DNA of 64,000 bases from Vulcanimicrobiota bacterium (lineage in GTDB: Bacteria > Vulcanimicrobiota > Vulcanimicrobiia > Eremiobacterales > Eremiobacteraceae). This document shows, in pieces, positions 43,970-54,808 of the stretch (position 1 is its first letter; every line of letters starts with the position of its first letter). The translations under genes and the position numbers were made by a program. Under the pieces are notes generated by a model, which was not told where the DNA came from, searched no databases, and saw nothing but the letters and a program-made list of their open reading frames with translations. The stretch is from NCBI GenBank assembly GCA_963812135.1, contig CAWETU010000005.1, forward strand, positions 1 to 64,000, in the 5' to 3' direction.

Positions 43970-44956
43970 TTAGCGCGCGACGACGTCGCTGACGATGTAG
44001 GCGCAGTAGAACAAGCCCGACAGCGCCAGCGGCAGCGCTTCCACCCTGCGCCGCACTGCGGTCCATATGAGCAAGAACAATGCTGCCGCCAAGGTTGCGA
44101 CAGCCGCGCGATAGCTCGCGGCGTCGAGATGCCATGGCGATGCGAAAATCGCGATCGCGCACGCGATCGACGTCTGGAACATCATCGCCCCGATGACGTT
44201 GCCTAAGGCGAGGTCGTCCAGATCGCGCCGCATCCAGATGATGGAGTTGAACACCTCGGGCAGTTCGGTCGCGATCGGGCTCAACAAGAGTGAGATGAGC
44301 AGCGGCGACGTGTGCAGCGCCGCCGAAGCCGACGTGATCGAGGCGACGAACCAGCGCGCCGCGATGGCCGTGACCACCGTCGCGGCCAACAGTTGTAGCG
44401 CCACGATCCACAACGGCGGTCGCGCCGCGCGCGGTGCAAAACGCAGCGGCGGCGGCGTCTCATCGCTCTCGACCGTGGCCAAGCGGATGTGATACCACAG
44501 ATAAACGCCGTACAGCGCGATGATGATGCCCCCGACCACCGTGCGGATGAGCGATGTCGGCGCGAAGGATGCCCCGATGACCAGCGCAAACGTGAGCGAG
44601 AACAGCGCGAGTCCGACGATCGTCGGCGTCGGAGGCGCTTTGACGGCGGCATGCTCCTTGCCGAGGACGATCGCTCCCAAGCCGATCAGGCTGAACACCA
44701 CGGTCGAGAGCAGCAACGGCGCGCCGATCACGGCGCCGATGCCGACGTCCGTGCTCGCTGCGTCGCGCAGGATCACTAGCGCGATGAAGACCACCATCGT
44801 CTCGGGCAACGAGGATCCGATGGCTGCGACGACCGCGCCGACGGCGCTGCGCGTGAGTCCGAGGAGCGCACCCGCCCATTCGACGGCGTTCGCGAAGGCG
44901 TCGCTGGCGAGTACGAGAAGCACCAGGCCAAGAAGTACTTGGAGCGCGATCGGCAC
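43970..44956 (-). CDS. Sodium:calcium antiporter family protein
   Basis: GSSLPE and ATELPE alpha repeats, ALGNVIGA; ~10 TM helices. Confidence 0.9.
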   Translation of the reverse strand: MPIALQVLLGLVLLVLASDAFANAVEWAGALLGLTRSAVGAVVAAIGSSLPETMVVFIALVILRDAASTDVGIGAVIGAPLLLSTVVFSLIGLGAIVLGKEHAAVKAPPTPTIVGLALFSLTFALVIGASFAPTSLIRTVVGGIIIALYGVYLWYHIRLATVESDETPPPLRFAPRAARPPLWIVALQLLAATVVTAIAARWFVASITSASAALHTSPLLISLLLSPIATELPEVFNSIIWMRRDLDDLALGNVIGAMMFQTSIACAIAIFASPWHLDAASYRAAVATLAAALFLLIWTAVRRRVEALPLALSGLFYCAYIVSDVVAR

Positions 44957-45021
44957 CGGGCCACCATTTAGCCCAGGTCCGAGGCACCCCTCTACCATGA
45001 CAGGAGCGCACGCGAGCACCG

Positions 45022-46137
45022 TTGCCCTATCGCATCGTCCACATCGCTGACGTCCATCTCGACATGGCGTTCGCCGGGCTCGAACCGAGCGCCGGCGACG
45101 CGCGGCGCAAGCAATTGGAGAACGCGTTCGAGCGCGCGCTGCACCGCGCACGCGAGTTCAAGGCCGATGCCGTGTGCATCGCCGGCGATCTCTACGAGGA
45201 CGCGCGCGCGACGCCCGATCGCGGCGCGTACCTCGCGCGCGTGCTCGGCGAGCTCGCGCCCATGCGCGTCTTCATCAGCCCCGGCAACCACGACCCGAAC
45301 GATCGCGCATCGCTCTACCGCCAGATGGCGCTGCCTTCAAACGTCACGGTCTTCTCCTCGCGCCGCTTCACGCCGGTGCCGCTCGCAAACGGGTTGACGC
45401 TGTGGGGCGCCGCCCACGAATCCGAGCTCGACCGCGAGCCGATCGTCAATGGGCTCGTGTGCGAAGGCCCGGGCACGCACGTGCTCCTGTTCCACGGCTC
45501 CGATCGCGATCGCATGCCGCCCGGCAAAGAATGCATCGCGCCGTTCTCAGACGCCGACATCGCGCGCGCGAATGCCGCGCATGCGATGGTAGGCCATTTC
45601 CACGGCATGCTCCGCGGCAAGCATTACGCATATCCCGGTTCGCTCGAACCGCATAGCGCCGCACAAGACGGGCGCCACACCGCGTCGCTCGTGACGGTCG
45701 AGGACGGCCGCGTCGCGGTGGATTTCGTCGACATCAACGCCACGAAATACGTCGCGCTCGATTTCGACCTTTCCGAGATCGGCGACCGTGCGGCGTTGCT
45801 CAACGCCGTCAGCGGGCGTCTGCGCGCGGTGGTCGACCGGCCCGGCGAGGTCTTCTGCCGCCTGCGCCTCGTTGGCAACGCGCCGCCGACGCTCGACGTC
45901 GACGGCGCCGATCTGCAACGCGATCTGCAAGCGCAATTTCCCGGCGCGACGGTCGAGGAGGCGTTCGCGGCCATCGACCCTGACGCGATCGCGCGCGAGG
46001 GCTATACCGTGCGCGCGGAGTTCGTACGAGAGATGCAGCGCCGCATCGCCGCGGCGAACGATGCGCAGCGCCCGCTGCTCGAGCGCGCGCTGCGCTACGG
46101 ATTGCAGGCCTTCGCCGGCAAGCGGCTGGCGCAATGA
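45022..46137 (+). CDS. SbcD/Mre11-like (YhaO) DNA repair nuclease
   Basis: HIADVHLD, AGDLYE, PGNHD, GHFH, YPGSLE. Confidence 0.92.
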   Translation: MPYRIVHIADVHLDMAFAGLEPSAGDARRKQLENAFERALHRAREFKADAVCIAGDLYEDARATPDRGAYLARVLGELAPMRVFISPGNHDPNDRASLYRQMALPSNVTVFSSRRFTPVPLANGLTLWGAAHESELDREPIVNGLVCEGPGTHVLLFHGSDRDRMPPGKECIAPFSDADIARANAAHAMVGHFHGMLRGKHYAYPGSLEPHSAAQDGRHTASLVTVEDGRVAVDFVDINATKYVALDFDLSEIGDRAALLNAVSGRLRAVVDRPGEVFCRLRLVGNAPPTLDVDGADLQRDLQAQFPGATVEEAFAAIDPDAIAREGYTVRAEFVREMQRRIAAANDAQRPLLERALRYGLQAFAGKRLAQ

Positions 46138-48692
46138 TCCTGCTCGAAGCGATCGTCGACGGTTTCGGCTGTCTCGTCAAGCAGCGATTCCGGTTCGGCG
46201 AAGGACTGACCGTCATCGCCGGCCCCAACGAATCCGGCAAGACGACGCTCACCGAGTGCATCGTACGCCTGCTGTTCGGCTACCCAGAACACCAGTACAT
46301 GTCCGCGCTCGATTTCCGGCGGCCATGGCGCTCGTCCGCCTATGCGGCATCGCTCGTCTACCGTCTGGATGACGGCACCGTGTACGAGACGCGCCGCGAT
46401 TTCAGCCAGAGCAACGTGCCGACGGAGACATTCGAGCGCGATGTCATGCGGCGTCTGCCCGAGCTGAGCGGCTCGCGCAAGACATCCCCAGGCGAGGCAT
46501 TGCTCCACCTTTCAAAGGAAGCGTTCGAAGCTGCTGCGGTGATGCGCGCCGGCGAGTTCGCCACGGGCAGGAGCGACGCGTAAATCCTACCATGCGTTGG
46601 CCGAGCGGATCGCCGAGCTCGTCGGCGCCGCGGGCGAGGCGGGCGCGCAAGAAGCGATCGACCGGCTCAAGACGTTCGCCGACACGCTGGGCAGCGACCG
46701 CGCTCCCACGCGGCCGGTGAACGCGGCCCGCGCGCAGTCCGAAGCCGCGCGCGAGGCGCTGGACGCGTATCGCCGCGACTGCGAACAGATGCACGGCAAC
46801 ATCGCCCGGCGCACCGATCTGCTCCAAAAGCAGAGCCAATTGGCGTCCCAGGCGCGCGAACTGGAGGGGCAGGTACGCGACGCTCGCCTGCATTCGTTGC
46901 GCGCGCGCATCGCCGCCGCGGAACGTGCATCAGAAGAGCTTGCGCGGCTTTCATCATACCCGCGAGCGCAGCGGCGCCCCGCCTGAGGTGCTGGCCCGCG
47001 CGGCGAGCATCGACGCGGCGATCGATGCCTGGACTGCAGCGCATACGGCGGAAAACGATGCGACGAGCAGTTCGCAGGTCAAAGAAGAGCAGCGCAGCGA
47101 CCTCCTCCGCCAGCTCGCCGAATGCGATGCGGCGCTCAAGAAGGCCGAGGCGACCATCGCGAGCCGCAGCGAAGCGATCGAGCGCCTCAAACCCGAATCG
47201 GCGAGCGCGCCGATCTCCGACGAGACCCTGGAGCGCCTCGAGAAGCTCAGCGAGCTTGCCGACGTACAAGAAGGCGCCGCGCGCACCACCGAGACGCAGG
47301 CGGCGATCAATCGCCAGCGCCCGCGCGCGGGCGCGTGGCCCGCGGTCTTCGTGTTCGCGATCGCGCTGATCGCGTTGATTATCGGCGCGATCACCCACTT
47401 GCCGAGCGTCATCTTGAGCGCGGTCGCGGGCGTGCTCGCGTCGGGCGTGATGTTCGCCTACTTCTTCGTCGCCGAACGAAGCCGAAGCGCCGCAAACGCA
47501 GCGCTCGAAGAACGCGCACGGCAGGCGCGTGCCGTCGCCGACAGCGCCACCTCGAACCTGGCAAAGGAATGCGCGACGCTGGGCTTGGCGGACATCCGCG
47601 CGGTGCGCCGCGCGGCCAAGACGCAACCAGAGATCCTACGCTTCACTGAGGCGCTTGCCGACGCGCGCCAGATGGCGGCGCAAAGCCACGAGTTGCGCGA
47701 TTCGTTGGAAGCGCGCTTCAACGACTTCGACCGCTTGGACCGCCAGCTCGTCGACGCGCGCCGCGCGACTGAAGAAGCCGCTCGAAAGCTCCAGCGCTTG
47801 CTCGACGACGCGGGTGTGGCAGGCGGCGATCTCGCCGCGCGAATCGCCGCGTTCCGCGCGGCGCGGGAAGGCGTCGAAGGCGCGCTCATCGCCGAAAAGG
47901 CGATGGGGGAGACTCGCGCGACGCAAGCCGGCGCCCTCGCGGGCGAGACGCTCGACGCGCTGCGCCGCGAGGCGGCAACACTAACGGACAGCGGCGCCGT
48001 CGACGCCGGATCTGACGACCCGGCCGCGCTCGAGCGCCAGCTCAAAGAGCTCGGCGACCACCAATTGCGCGTCGAGGGCGAGCTCGGCAAAGTTCAGGGT
48101 GAGCTCACGCGCTTCGATGAGCAGCATCATGGCGGTTCCGCGCGGCTCGAAGAGCAGCTCGCCGCGTGTCAAGCGAACGAAGAGCGGCTCAGTACGCGCC
48201 CGCGATGCCGCGATGCTGGCGCGCGACGTCATCGAGAAGACCAAAGACGGGGTCCACAAGGACTTCGCGCCACATCTCAACGCGCTCGCCGGCCCGGCGC
48301 TCGCCGAGATCACGCACGGCCGCTACACGAGCGTGTTGATCGACCCGCGCGATTTCTCGTTGCGCGTCCAAGCAGCGGGCGACACCGAGACGCGAGCGAT
48401 GGGAGAGCTGTCGGCGGGCACGCAAGAACAGCTCCATCTTTCGCTGCGCGCCGCGACTGCGCAGGCGCTCGGCTATGGCGATTTCGACGAGCACGTGCCG
48501 CTGCTGCTCGACGATGCCTTGGCGCACGCCGACGAACGCCGGCTTGCCGCCGCCGTCCGCCATCTCGCTGCGATCGCGCAGCGCCAACAGGTGTTGCTGT
48601 TCGCGCAACGCGACACCGTCCTTGAAGCGGCGCGCAAGATCGAGGGCGTCACCATCGTCCACTTGAGCGGGCCGGCCGCCGCGTCCGCATAA
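46134..48692 (+). CDS. SbcC/Rad50-like (YhaN) coiled-coil ATPase with two central TM helices (several frameshifts)
   Basis: GPNESGKTT, LSAGTQEQLHLSLR, PLLLDDAL...D..R. Confidence 0.88.
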
Positions 48693-48693
48693 C

Positions 48694-49750
48694 GTGGCCG
48701 GCCGGCTGCGGCTAGGCGTCGATGCGGCGAATCTGCCACGCGATCGTCGCGGCATGGGCCGCTACGTCCGCAGCGTGTTGCGCGAGTTCGCGACCCGTTT
48801 CGCCGACCGCGTCCACCTCACGCTGCTGGTCCCCGATCTCTTGCCGGGCCTGGTCGCGCAGCGCTATGTCGAAGATCTGCCCGGCGACGTCGCCATCGCT
48901 CGCCGCATCGGACCGCGCGCGCTCGACGTCGTGTGGTATCCGTGGAACGGCATGACCTGGCCGTCGCCGTTGACATCGGTCGCCACCGTGCACGACGTCT
49001 GGCCATTCGTCATGCCTGCGGCCGACGCGCGCGTGCGCGCCCGCGAGCAGACGCAGTACCGCGAGACGGCCGAACGCGCCGCGTTGATCATCGCGGTCTC
49101 GGAGTTCACCAAACGCGAGACCATGCGCCTTTTGAACGTCGAACCTGAACGCATTCAGGGTCATCCATCAAGGGATTCCGCCGCCGATCGCGGTCGCCGA
49201 GCCGGCGCGCATCGCGGGCTCCTCGCGCTACGTGCTGTTCGTCGGCGAAGTCGAGCCGCGCAAGGATGTCGGCACGCTGATCGAGGCGATGTCGCGCTTG
49301 CCCGACGACCTGCGTCGTGAGACGGCGCTCGTCGTCGTCGGGCGCGCGCACGGGCTGTCGCCGCGCAGCGCGGGCGACTTCCGCCTCGAGCTTGCGGGCG
49401 AGATCGGCGACGATACGCAACTCGCGGCGCTGTATGCGGGCGCGGCGGCGTTCGCCTTCCCGTCCAAGTACGAAGGCTTCGGCCTGCCGGTGCTCGAGGC
49501 GATGAGCTACGGCGCACCGGTGGTCGCGTCGGACGCGGCCAGCATTCCCGAAGTCGGCGGCGACGCGGCGTTGTATTTCCGGTGCGGCGATGCCGGCGCG
49601 CTTTCCGATGCGCTGGCGCGCGTGCTCCGGGACCCGGCGCTGGCGTCGCGCATGGCCGACGCCGGACGAACGCGCGCGGCGCTCTTCGACGAGACCACGC
49701 GCGCCCGCAAGACGCTCGAAGCGCTCGAAGCATCGGTTCCGCGACGGTGA
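48694..49750 (+). CDS. GT4 glycosyltransferase (frameshift ~49160)
   Basis: GMGRY, TVHD, FVGEVEPRK, PSKYEGFGLPVLEAM. Confidence 0.9.
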
Positions 49751-50840
49751 GCACCGAGCAGTCTCCTGACCGGGTTGGCAAGCGCGTGCGGATCGGTGTG
49801 GACGCACGCAAGCTGCTCGACGACCGGCGCGGCATCGGCCGCTATACCCGCGCGCTGTTGCGCTCCTGGGTCGCGCGCTCGCAGGATCGAGTCGCCATCA
49901 CGCTGCTCGTGCCGGATCTCTTCCCGAGCCTGCTCACGAAGCGCCTGACCGCCGAGATCGGCGCCGAGCTGGCGGTGGCACGCACCGGCGCGCGCGGGTT
50001 CGACCTCGTGTGGTATCCATGGAACGGCATGACGTGGGTCGCGCAGGACACCAAGGTGGCCACCGTCCACGATTGTTGGCCGTTCGCGTCGCCTGCCCAG
50101 AACTCGGCGATTCGCCGCAACGAACAGGCGCCGTTCTTGCGGACCGCAGAGCACGCCGCATGCATCATCACGGATTCTGGCTTTGGAAAATCCGAGGTCG
50201 TGCGACATCTGGGATTCGATCCGGACAAGATCGAGGTGGTACCGTTGGGCGTCGACGCCGCGCGTTCCGTGATTGCGAACCCAGCCGGCGCAGCGCCGCA
50301 GCCCGACTACGTGCTCTTCGTCGGGCAGGCCGAGACGCGCAAGGATTTGCCGACGCTGCTCGCGGCGATGGATCTGCTGCCCGACATGCTGCGCACGAGA
50401 TTCCGGCTGGTGGTCGCCGGCAAAGATCAGCCCGGCTCGGGCGCACGATTGCCCGAACACGCGCGCGTCGATTTCGAAGGCGAAGTCAGCGACGAGCGTC
50501 TGGCGCAGCTGTACGCGAATGCGTCAGCGTTCGTTTTTCCGTCTCGTTATGAGGGCTTTGGATTGCCGATCCTCGAGGCGATGAGCTACGGCGCGCCGGT
50601 CGTCGCATCTGACGCCGCCAGCCTGCCCGAAGCCGCCGGCGATGCCGCGCTCTACTTCCCGGTGGGCGACGCAGCGGCGCTCGCGGCAGCGATCGGGATC
50701 ATCCTCTACGAGCCGGCGCTCGCGCAGCGACTGCGGATCGCCGGGCGGATCCGTGCGGCGAGTATGACGTGGGACCGCTGCGCCGATGCGACGCTCGCGG
50801 TGTTCGAGCGCGTCGCGCGCGCGACGAAGGATGATGTAGC
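49747..50840 (+). CDS. GT4 glycosyltransferase, tandem paralog (stop off-frame; end approximate)
   Basis: GIGRY, WYPWNGMTW shared with neighbour, PSRYEGFGLPILEAM, TW..CA..TL. Confidence 0.88.
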
Positions 50841-50876
50841 GGCCGAATTTATTCGGCCGTTGGATTTATTCGGCCG
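50836..50876 (+). repeat. GTAG-type REP palindrome plus partial tandem copy
   Basis: GTAGCGGCCGAATTTATTCGGCCG followed by GATTTATTCGGCCG. Confidence 0.8.
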
Positions 50877-51462
50877 AGCCTTCGTCTTGCCCGGCGGGGA
50901 TCAGCTGGCGGCCGCGCACCGGATCGAAGAGCAGCGCGGCGCCGGAGCCAGCGATCAAACCGCCCACATGCCCGCCCATCGAGATGCCTGGATTGTTGAT
51001 GCCGTTCGCCAGCGTCAGCAGGATCGGCAACACGGCCGCGCGCAGCAACGCGCCGCGCAGGGGCGGCAGCTTGAACGCGAGGACGACCATCGCCCCGAAC
51101 ACGCCCATGATCGCGCCGCTCGCGCCGAGCGTCGGGATATTCGAATTGATGGTGGACAGATACGCCAGGAGACTGCCGCCGATCATCCCCGCGAAATAGA
51201 TCACGGTGTAGCGCGGGCTGCCGTAGCAGAACTCGACGAACGTGCCGGCCTGGAACAACGCGAACATGTTGAATCCGATGTGGAGGAGATTCGCGTGCAG
51301 GAACGCGGACGTGATGAGCTGCCACCATGCGCCGTGCTGCACGTCCTGCGGATACAGCGCGCCGACGCGGCTGAGCGAACCGCCGGTGGCTTGATCGATG
51401 ATGAAGACGATGATGTTGATCGCGATGATCGTCAGCGTGACCGGTGCGGCGCGCACGTTCAT
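50866..51462 (-). CDS. Rhomboid intramembrane serine protease
   Basis: WW.LITSAFLH...HI.FNM, GASGAI, GHVGGL. Confidence 0.94.
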   Translation of the reverse strand: MNVRAAPVTLTIIAINIIVFIIDQATGGSLSRVGALYPQDVQHGAWWQLITSAFLHANLLHIGFNMFALFQAGTFVEFCYGSPRYTVIYFAGMIGGSLLAYLSTINSNIPTLGASGAIMGVFGAMVVLAFKLPPLRGALLRAAVLPILLTLANGINNPGISMGGHVGGLIAGSGAALLFDPVRGRQLIPAGQDEGSAE

Positions 51463-52403
51463 GCGAGCGCCTGCTTCAGCGCCGCGCACAGCAGCGGGAT
51501 CATGATCTCGTGGTGTCCGGTGAACATGTAGCCGCGGCCGCCGTCGAGATGCGGGCGCGTCACGACGTTAGTGCGCGTGCGGTAGTGGCGGATGAAATCG
51601 AAGTCGGCGGTGACGAAGTTCCCGTCATGTCCGAGGTTGCGTGCCAGCGAGAGCGCTTTCAAGAAGACCTCCGGCATGATCACGGCCGATCCAAAGTTCA
51701 GGTACGCGCCGCCGTCGGTCACGCCGGCGACGACGTCGGCGAAGAGCCGAAAATCGAACAGCGACGCCGCTCCCAGCGCCGCGCCGTCTGCGCGCGGATG
51801 CATGTGGATGATATCCGTGCCGATCGCGACGTGCACGGTGACCGGTACGTCGAGCGCCGCGCCCTGCGCGAGGATCGAGACGTTCGCATGCGGCGCGCGC
51901 GCCGCGAGCAGCGCGTCGCCGAGCGCGCGGCCCAATCCCACAGTGGGGCCGGCTTTGGCGATCGCGTTGAGGATGAAGTCGGCGGTCTCGGCCGCCATGC
52001 CGAACGAACCGTCGCGCAGGCTCATGTCGACGTCTTCGGACGTCTTGCCGGCGAGCGCCAGCTCGACGTCGTGGATGCAGACCGAACCATTGCAGGCCAA
52101 TCCCGAAAGCACACCGGTCCGCATCAGGTCGATGAGCAGCGGCGACAATCCGGTCTTGATCACATGTCCGCCGAAGCCGGCGACGATGACCTTATCGCTG
52201 CGATGCGCCGCCGCCAGGTACTCGACCAGTTCCCGCAGCTCCGCTGCCGCCAGCACATCGGGCAATCCGCGCCAGAACGCGTCGAACGACTCGCCTGCGC
52301 GCGGCACCGCGGCCATCATCTCAAGCGACACTTTGGAGGGCCGCGTCGAGAGCTGCGTCGGCTTGAGCTTGTTCAGATCGAGATGCGGGAACTTTCGCTT
52401 CAC
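51459..52403 (-). CDS. Deoxyhypusine-synthase-like NAD-binding fold protein of unknown function
   Basis: GGHVIKTGL, NGS..IHD.E, SEDV...L.DGSFGM, GSAVIMPEVFLKA, GHHEIM. Confidence 0.7.
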   Translation of the reverse strand: MKRKFPHLDLNKLKPTQLSTRPSKVSLEMMAAVPRAGESFDAFWRGLPDVLAAAELRELVEYLAAAHRSDKVIVAGFGGHVIKTGLSPLLIDLMRTGVLSGLACNGSVCIHDVELALAGKTSEDVDMSLRDGSFGMAAETADFILNAIAKAGPTVGLGRALGDALLAARAPHANVSILAQGAALDVPVTVHVAIGTDIIHMHPRADGAALGAASLFDFRLFADVVAGVTDGGAYLNFGSAVIMPEVFLKALSLARNLGHDGNFVTADFDFIRHYRTRTNVVTRPHLDGGRGYMFTGHHEIMIPLLCAALKQALA

Positions 52404-53492
52404 GTACGCTCGCTCATATAACGATCGATCAGGTCGCGCATGCGGTCTCGAAAACGTTCCGGCGAGAATTGCGCCGCATGTTCGACGAGGCGCGCGCGCG
52501 AAAACGCCTCCGGCACGAACGCACGCAAGACCGCCGCCAAAGCATCGGACGTCGGCTCGCGGAAAAACAGACCGGTTTGCCCTTCCACGACCGTTTCGAG
52601 CGACCCTCCGCCTGCGAACGCGATGACCGGGCGGCCGGATGCGGCCGCTTCGAGCGCGACAAGCCCGAAGTCTTCGACGCCCGGCACGATGACCGCGCGC
52701 GCGTGCGCGAACAGCCCGCGCCGCTGCGCATCGTCGATGGTGCCGGCGAAGCGGACGCTCGGACCGGCGAGCGCGCGCAGGCGAGCTTCGTCCGGGCCGC
52801 TGCCGACCACCACAAGCGGCGCGCCAAGCGCGTTGCAGGCCTCGATCGCGAGCGCGACGCGTTTGTACGGCAGCAGTCGCGCGACCGCGAGATAGTAATC
52901 GCCGACGTCGTCGTCGGCAGGCGCGAATCTGCCCACGTCGACGGGGCAGGGCACGACGTCGCTCTCGCGATGATAGCACGCCATGATACGCGCAGCGACG
53001 TTGTGCGAGTTGGCGATGATGCGGTGCGGGCGTTGCGCCGCGCTGTAGTCCCAGCGGCGCAACCCGGGCAGCGTGGCGCGCAACGCCGGACGCGCAAGCG
53101 CGGGGACGATCTCAAACGCGTACTCCTGCGGATACCACAAGAAGCGCGTGGGTGTGTTGATGTAGGACACGTGCAGAGCGCCCGGCGGCACGCGAACGCC
53201 TTTCGCGAACGACGTCGTCGAAGAGATCACCAAGATCAAAGCCGCGTAGATCGAGCGCTTCGAACGCGTTCGGGTACAGCGGCAGCAACGCGCGAAAACT
53301 TCGCGGCGCCCCTGGGATGCGCTGCAGCCAGCTCGTCCGGATGTCGTAGCGCTCGAACTCCGGGCCCATCGCGGCCCGATCGTACACGGACGTATAGATC
53401 GGCGCGTCAGGATAGAGCGCTTGCAGTTGCACGAGCACGCGCTCGGCACCGCCGAGCTGCGTCAGATAATCGTGGACGAACGCGACGCGCAC
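52400..53492 (-). CDS. GT4 glycosyltransferase (frameshift ~53230)
   Basis: RVAFVHDYLTQLGGAERVL, TPTRFLW, RLLPYKR, EDFGLVALEA. Confidence 0.92.
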
Positions 53493-53503
53493 GTCCGCGC
53501 CGC

Positions 53504-54808
53504 TTACTTGCCTTGGGTCAGCGGGAGGACGACCGCGACGGTCTCGTCGCTCAAGTATTGCCGCGCGACGCGTTGCACGTCCGCCGCGCTCACCGCCGAG
53601 ATGCGCGTCGCCAGATCGTTTTCGAACGCGACGCCGTCCGGCGAGGCAGCCGAGCGCCCGAGCAGCCACGCCGCGTCGGAGAGCGACGTGACGGAGAGAT
53701 AGTAGTCGCCAAGCGCGAGTTTCTTGGCCTGTGTGACCAGCTCGGCCGGCAGCGGGTCGCCGCGCAGGCGAACGATGCCCTGCTCCACCTCGCGTAGCGC
53801 TGCGTCGACGTCCCCCGTGCCGCCGTTGAGGAAGATGACGAACGATCCGGGCCGCGCTTCGTACTGATAGAACGCGCCGACGTAGTCTTGTGCGCCGGGC
53901 GAACCGCCCGAGCCGAAGGACAGCGCATGCACGTCCCCGCCGCGTCCCATCAACGCTTGGATGACCAGCATCGCCGGGAAATCTTTGGAGAACTGCGATG
54001 GCGCGTTGAAGCCGATCGCTAGCCAGGGCGCGGGGATGTTGCGATGGGCGACGATCTCGTGCTGGCGTTTTTCAGGCGTGACGACAGGCGCGGCAGGCGC
54101 CGTGCGTGCGGGCCAGGACGAGAACGCCTTGCTCGCCGCGTCGACGTCTGTTTGCGAGAGCGCGCCCGTCAACGCGACGACGGTTCCGGCGCCGTACTGA
54201 TACGAGGCCGCAAAACGCTGCATGTCGCCGGCGTTGAGATGCGCCAGACTGGTCGCGCGGCCGGCCTGCGGGAAGGCGAACCCATTGCCTTGATAACGCA
54301 CCTGGCGGACCATCGTGTACGCCACCAGTGCGGGATTGGCGTCGTCGGTCCGCGCCTCGGAAGCGACCTCGTTGCGCGCCGCGGCGAATTCAGTCGCGTC
54401 CGGCTGCGCGATGGCATGCGCCAGATCGGCGAGCAATCGCGGCAGCGCGGAAGCCTGAGCTTCGATCTGAAAACGAGTCGCCTCCGGATCGACGGTGTAG
54501 GTCACCGAGCCGCCGGCCGCCTCTGCCGCCTGCGCGAGGTTGCGGCTGCCTTCGACCGGCGTGCGCAGCACGGTGGCCGCGGTCACCGCCGCGATACCGG
54601 CTGTGCTTGCGGTCTGCTGCGCGAGCCCGGCGGGGACGAAGACCTGCGCGCCGGCGATCGGCGCGTCGGTGGACAGTTGTGCGGTGACGACGACGCCGTT
54701 GGGCAGCGTCGACAGCGTCGCATGCGGGAACTGGCCGTTATCCGCGGCCGGCGCAGCGCCGATCAGGAACGCTCCTGCGAGCAGGGCCAGCGGCCAAACG
54801 CGATTCAT
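53504..54808 (-). CDS. Exported M16 peptidase-like protein lacking HxxEH
   Basis: Signal peptide; TLPNGV..VPAG..GIAAVTA; C-terminal VSAADVQRVARQYL. Confidence 0.85.
   Translation of the reverse strand: MNRVWPLALLAGAFLIGAAPAADNGQFPHATLSTLPNGVVVTAQLSTDAPIAGAQVFVPAGLAQQTASTAGIAAVTAATVLRTPVEGSRNLAQAAEAAGGSVTYTVDPEATRFQIEAQASALPRLLADLAHAIAQPDATEFAAARNEVASEARTDDANPALVAYTMVRQVRYQGNGFAFPQAGRATSLAHLNAGDMQRFAASYQYGAGTVVALTGALSQTDVDAASKAFSSWPARTAPAAPVVTPEKRQHEIVAHRNIPAPWLAIGFNAPSQFSKDFPAMLVIQALMGRGGDVHALSFGSGGSPGAQDYVGAFYQYEARPGSFVIFLNGGTGDVDAALREVEQGIVRLRGDPLPAELVTQAKKLALGDYYLSVTSLSDAAWLLGRSAASPDGVAFENDLATRISAVSAADVQRVARQYLSDETVAVVLPLTQGK

Noticed and set aside
49582..51531. 649-aa glycosyltransferase overlapping the rhomboid antisense
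   Set aside because: Homology ends near 50830, with off-frame stops adjacent; the extension is antisense read-through.
7368..53492. Frameshifts in xseA, moaC, tyrA, rluB, TBDR, rsmA, GTs and the YhaN-like gene as pseudogenes or programmed frameshifts
   Set aside because: Scattered through otherwise intact housekeeping genes, with no decay or common slippery motif; typical of long-read consensus indels.
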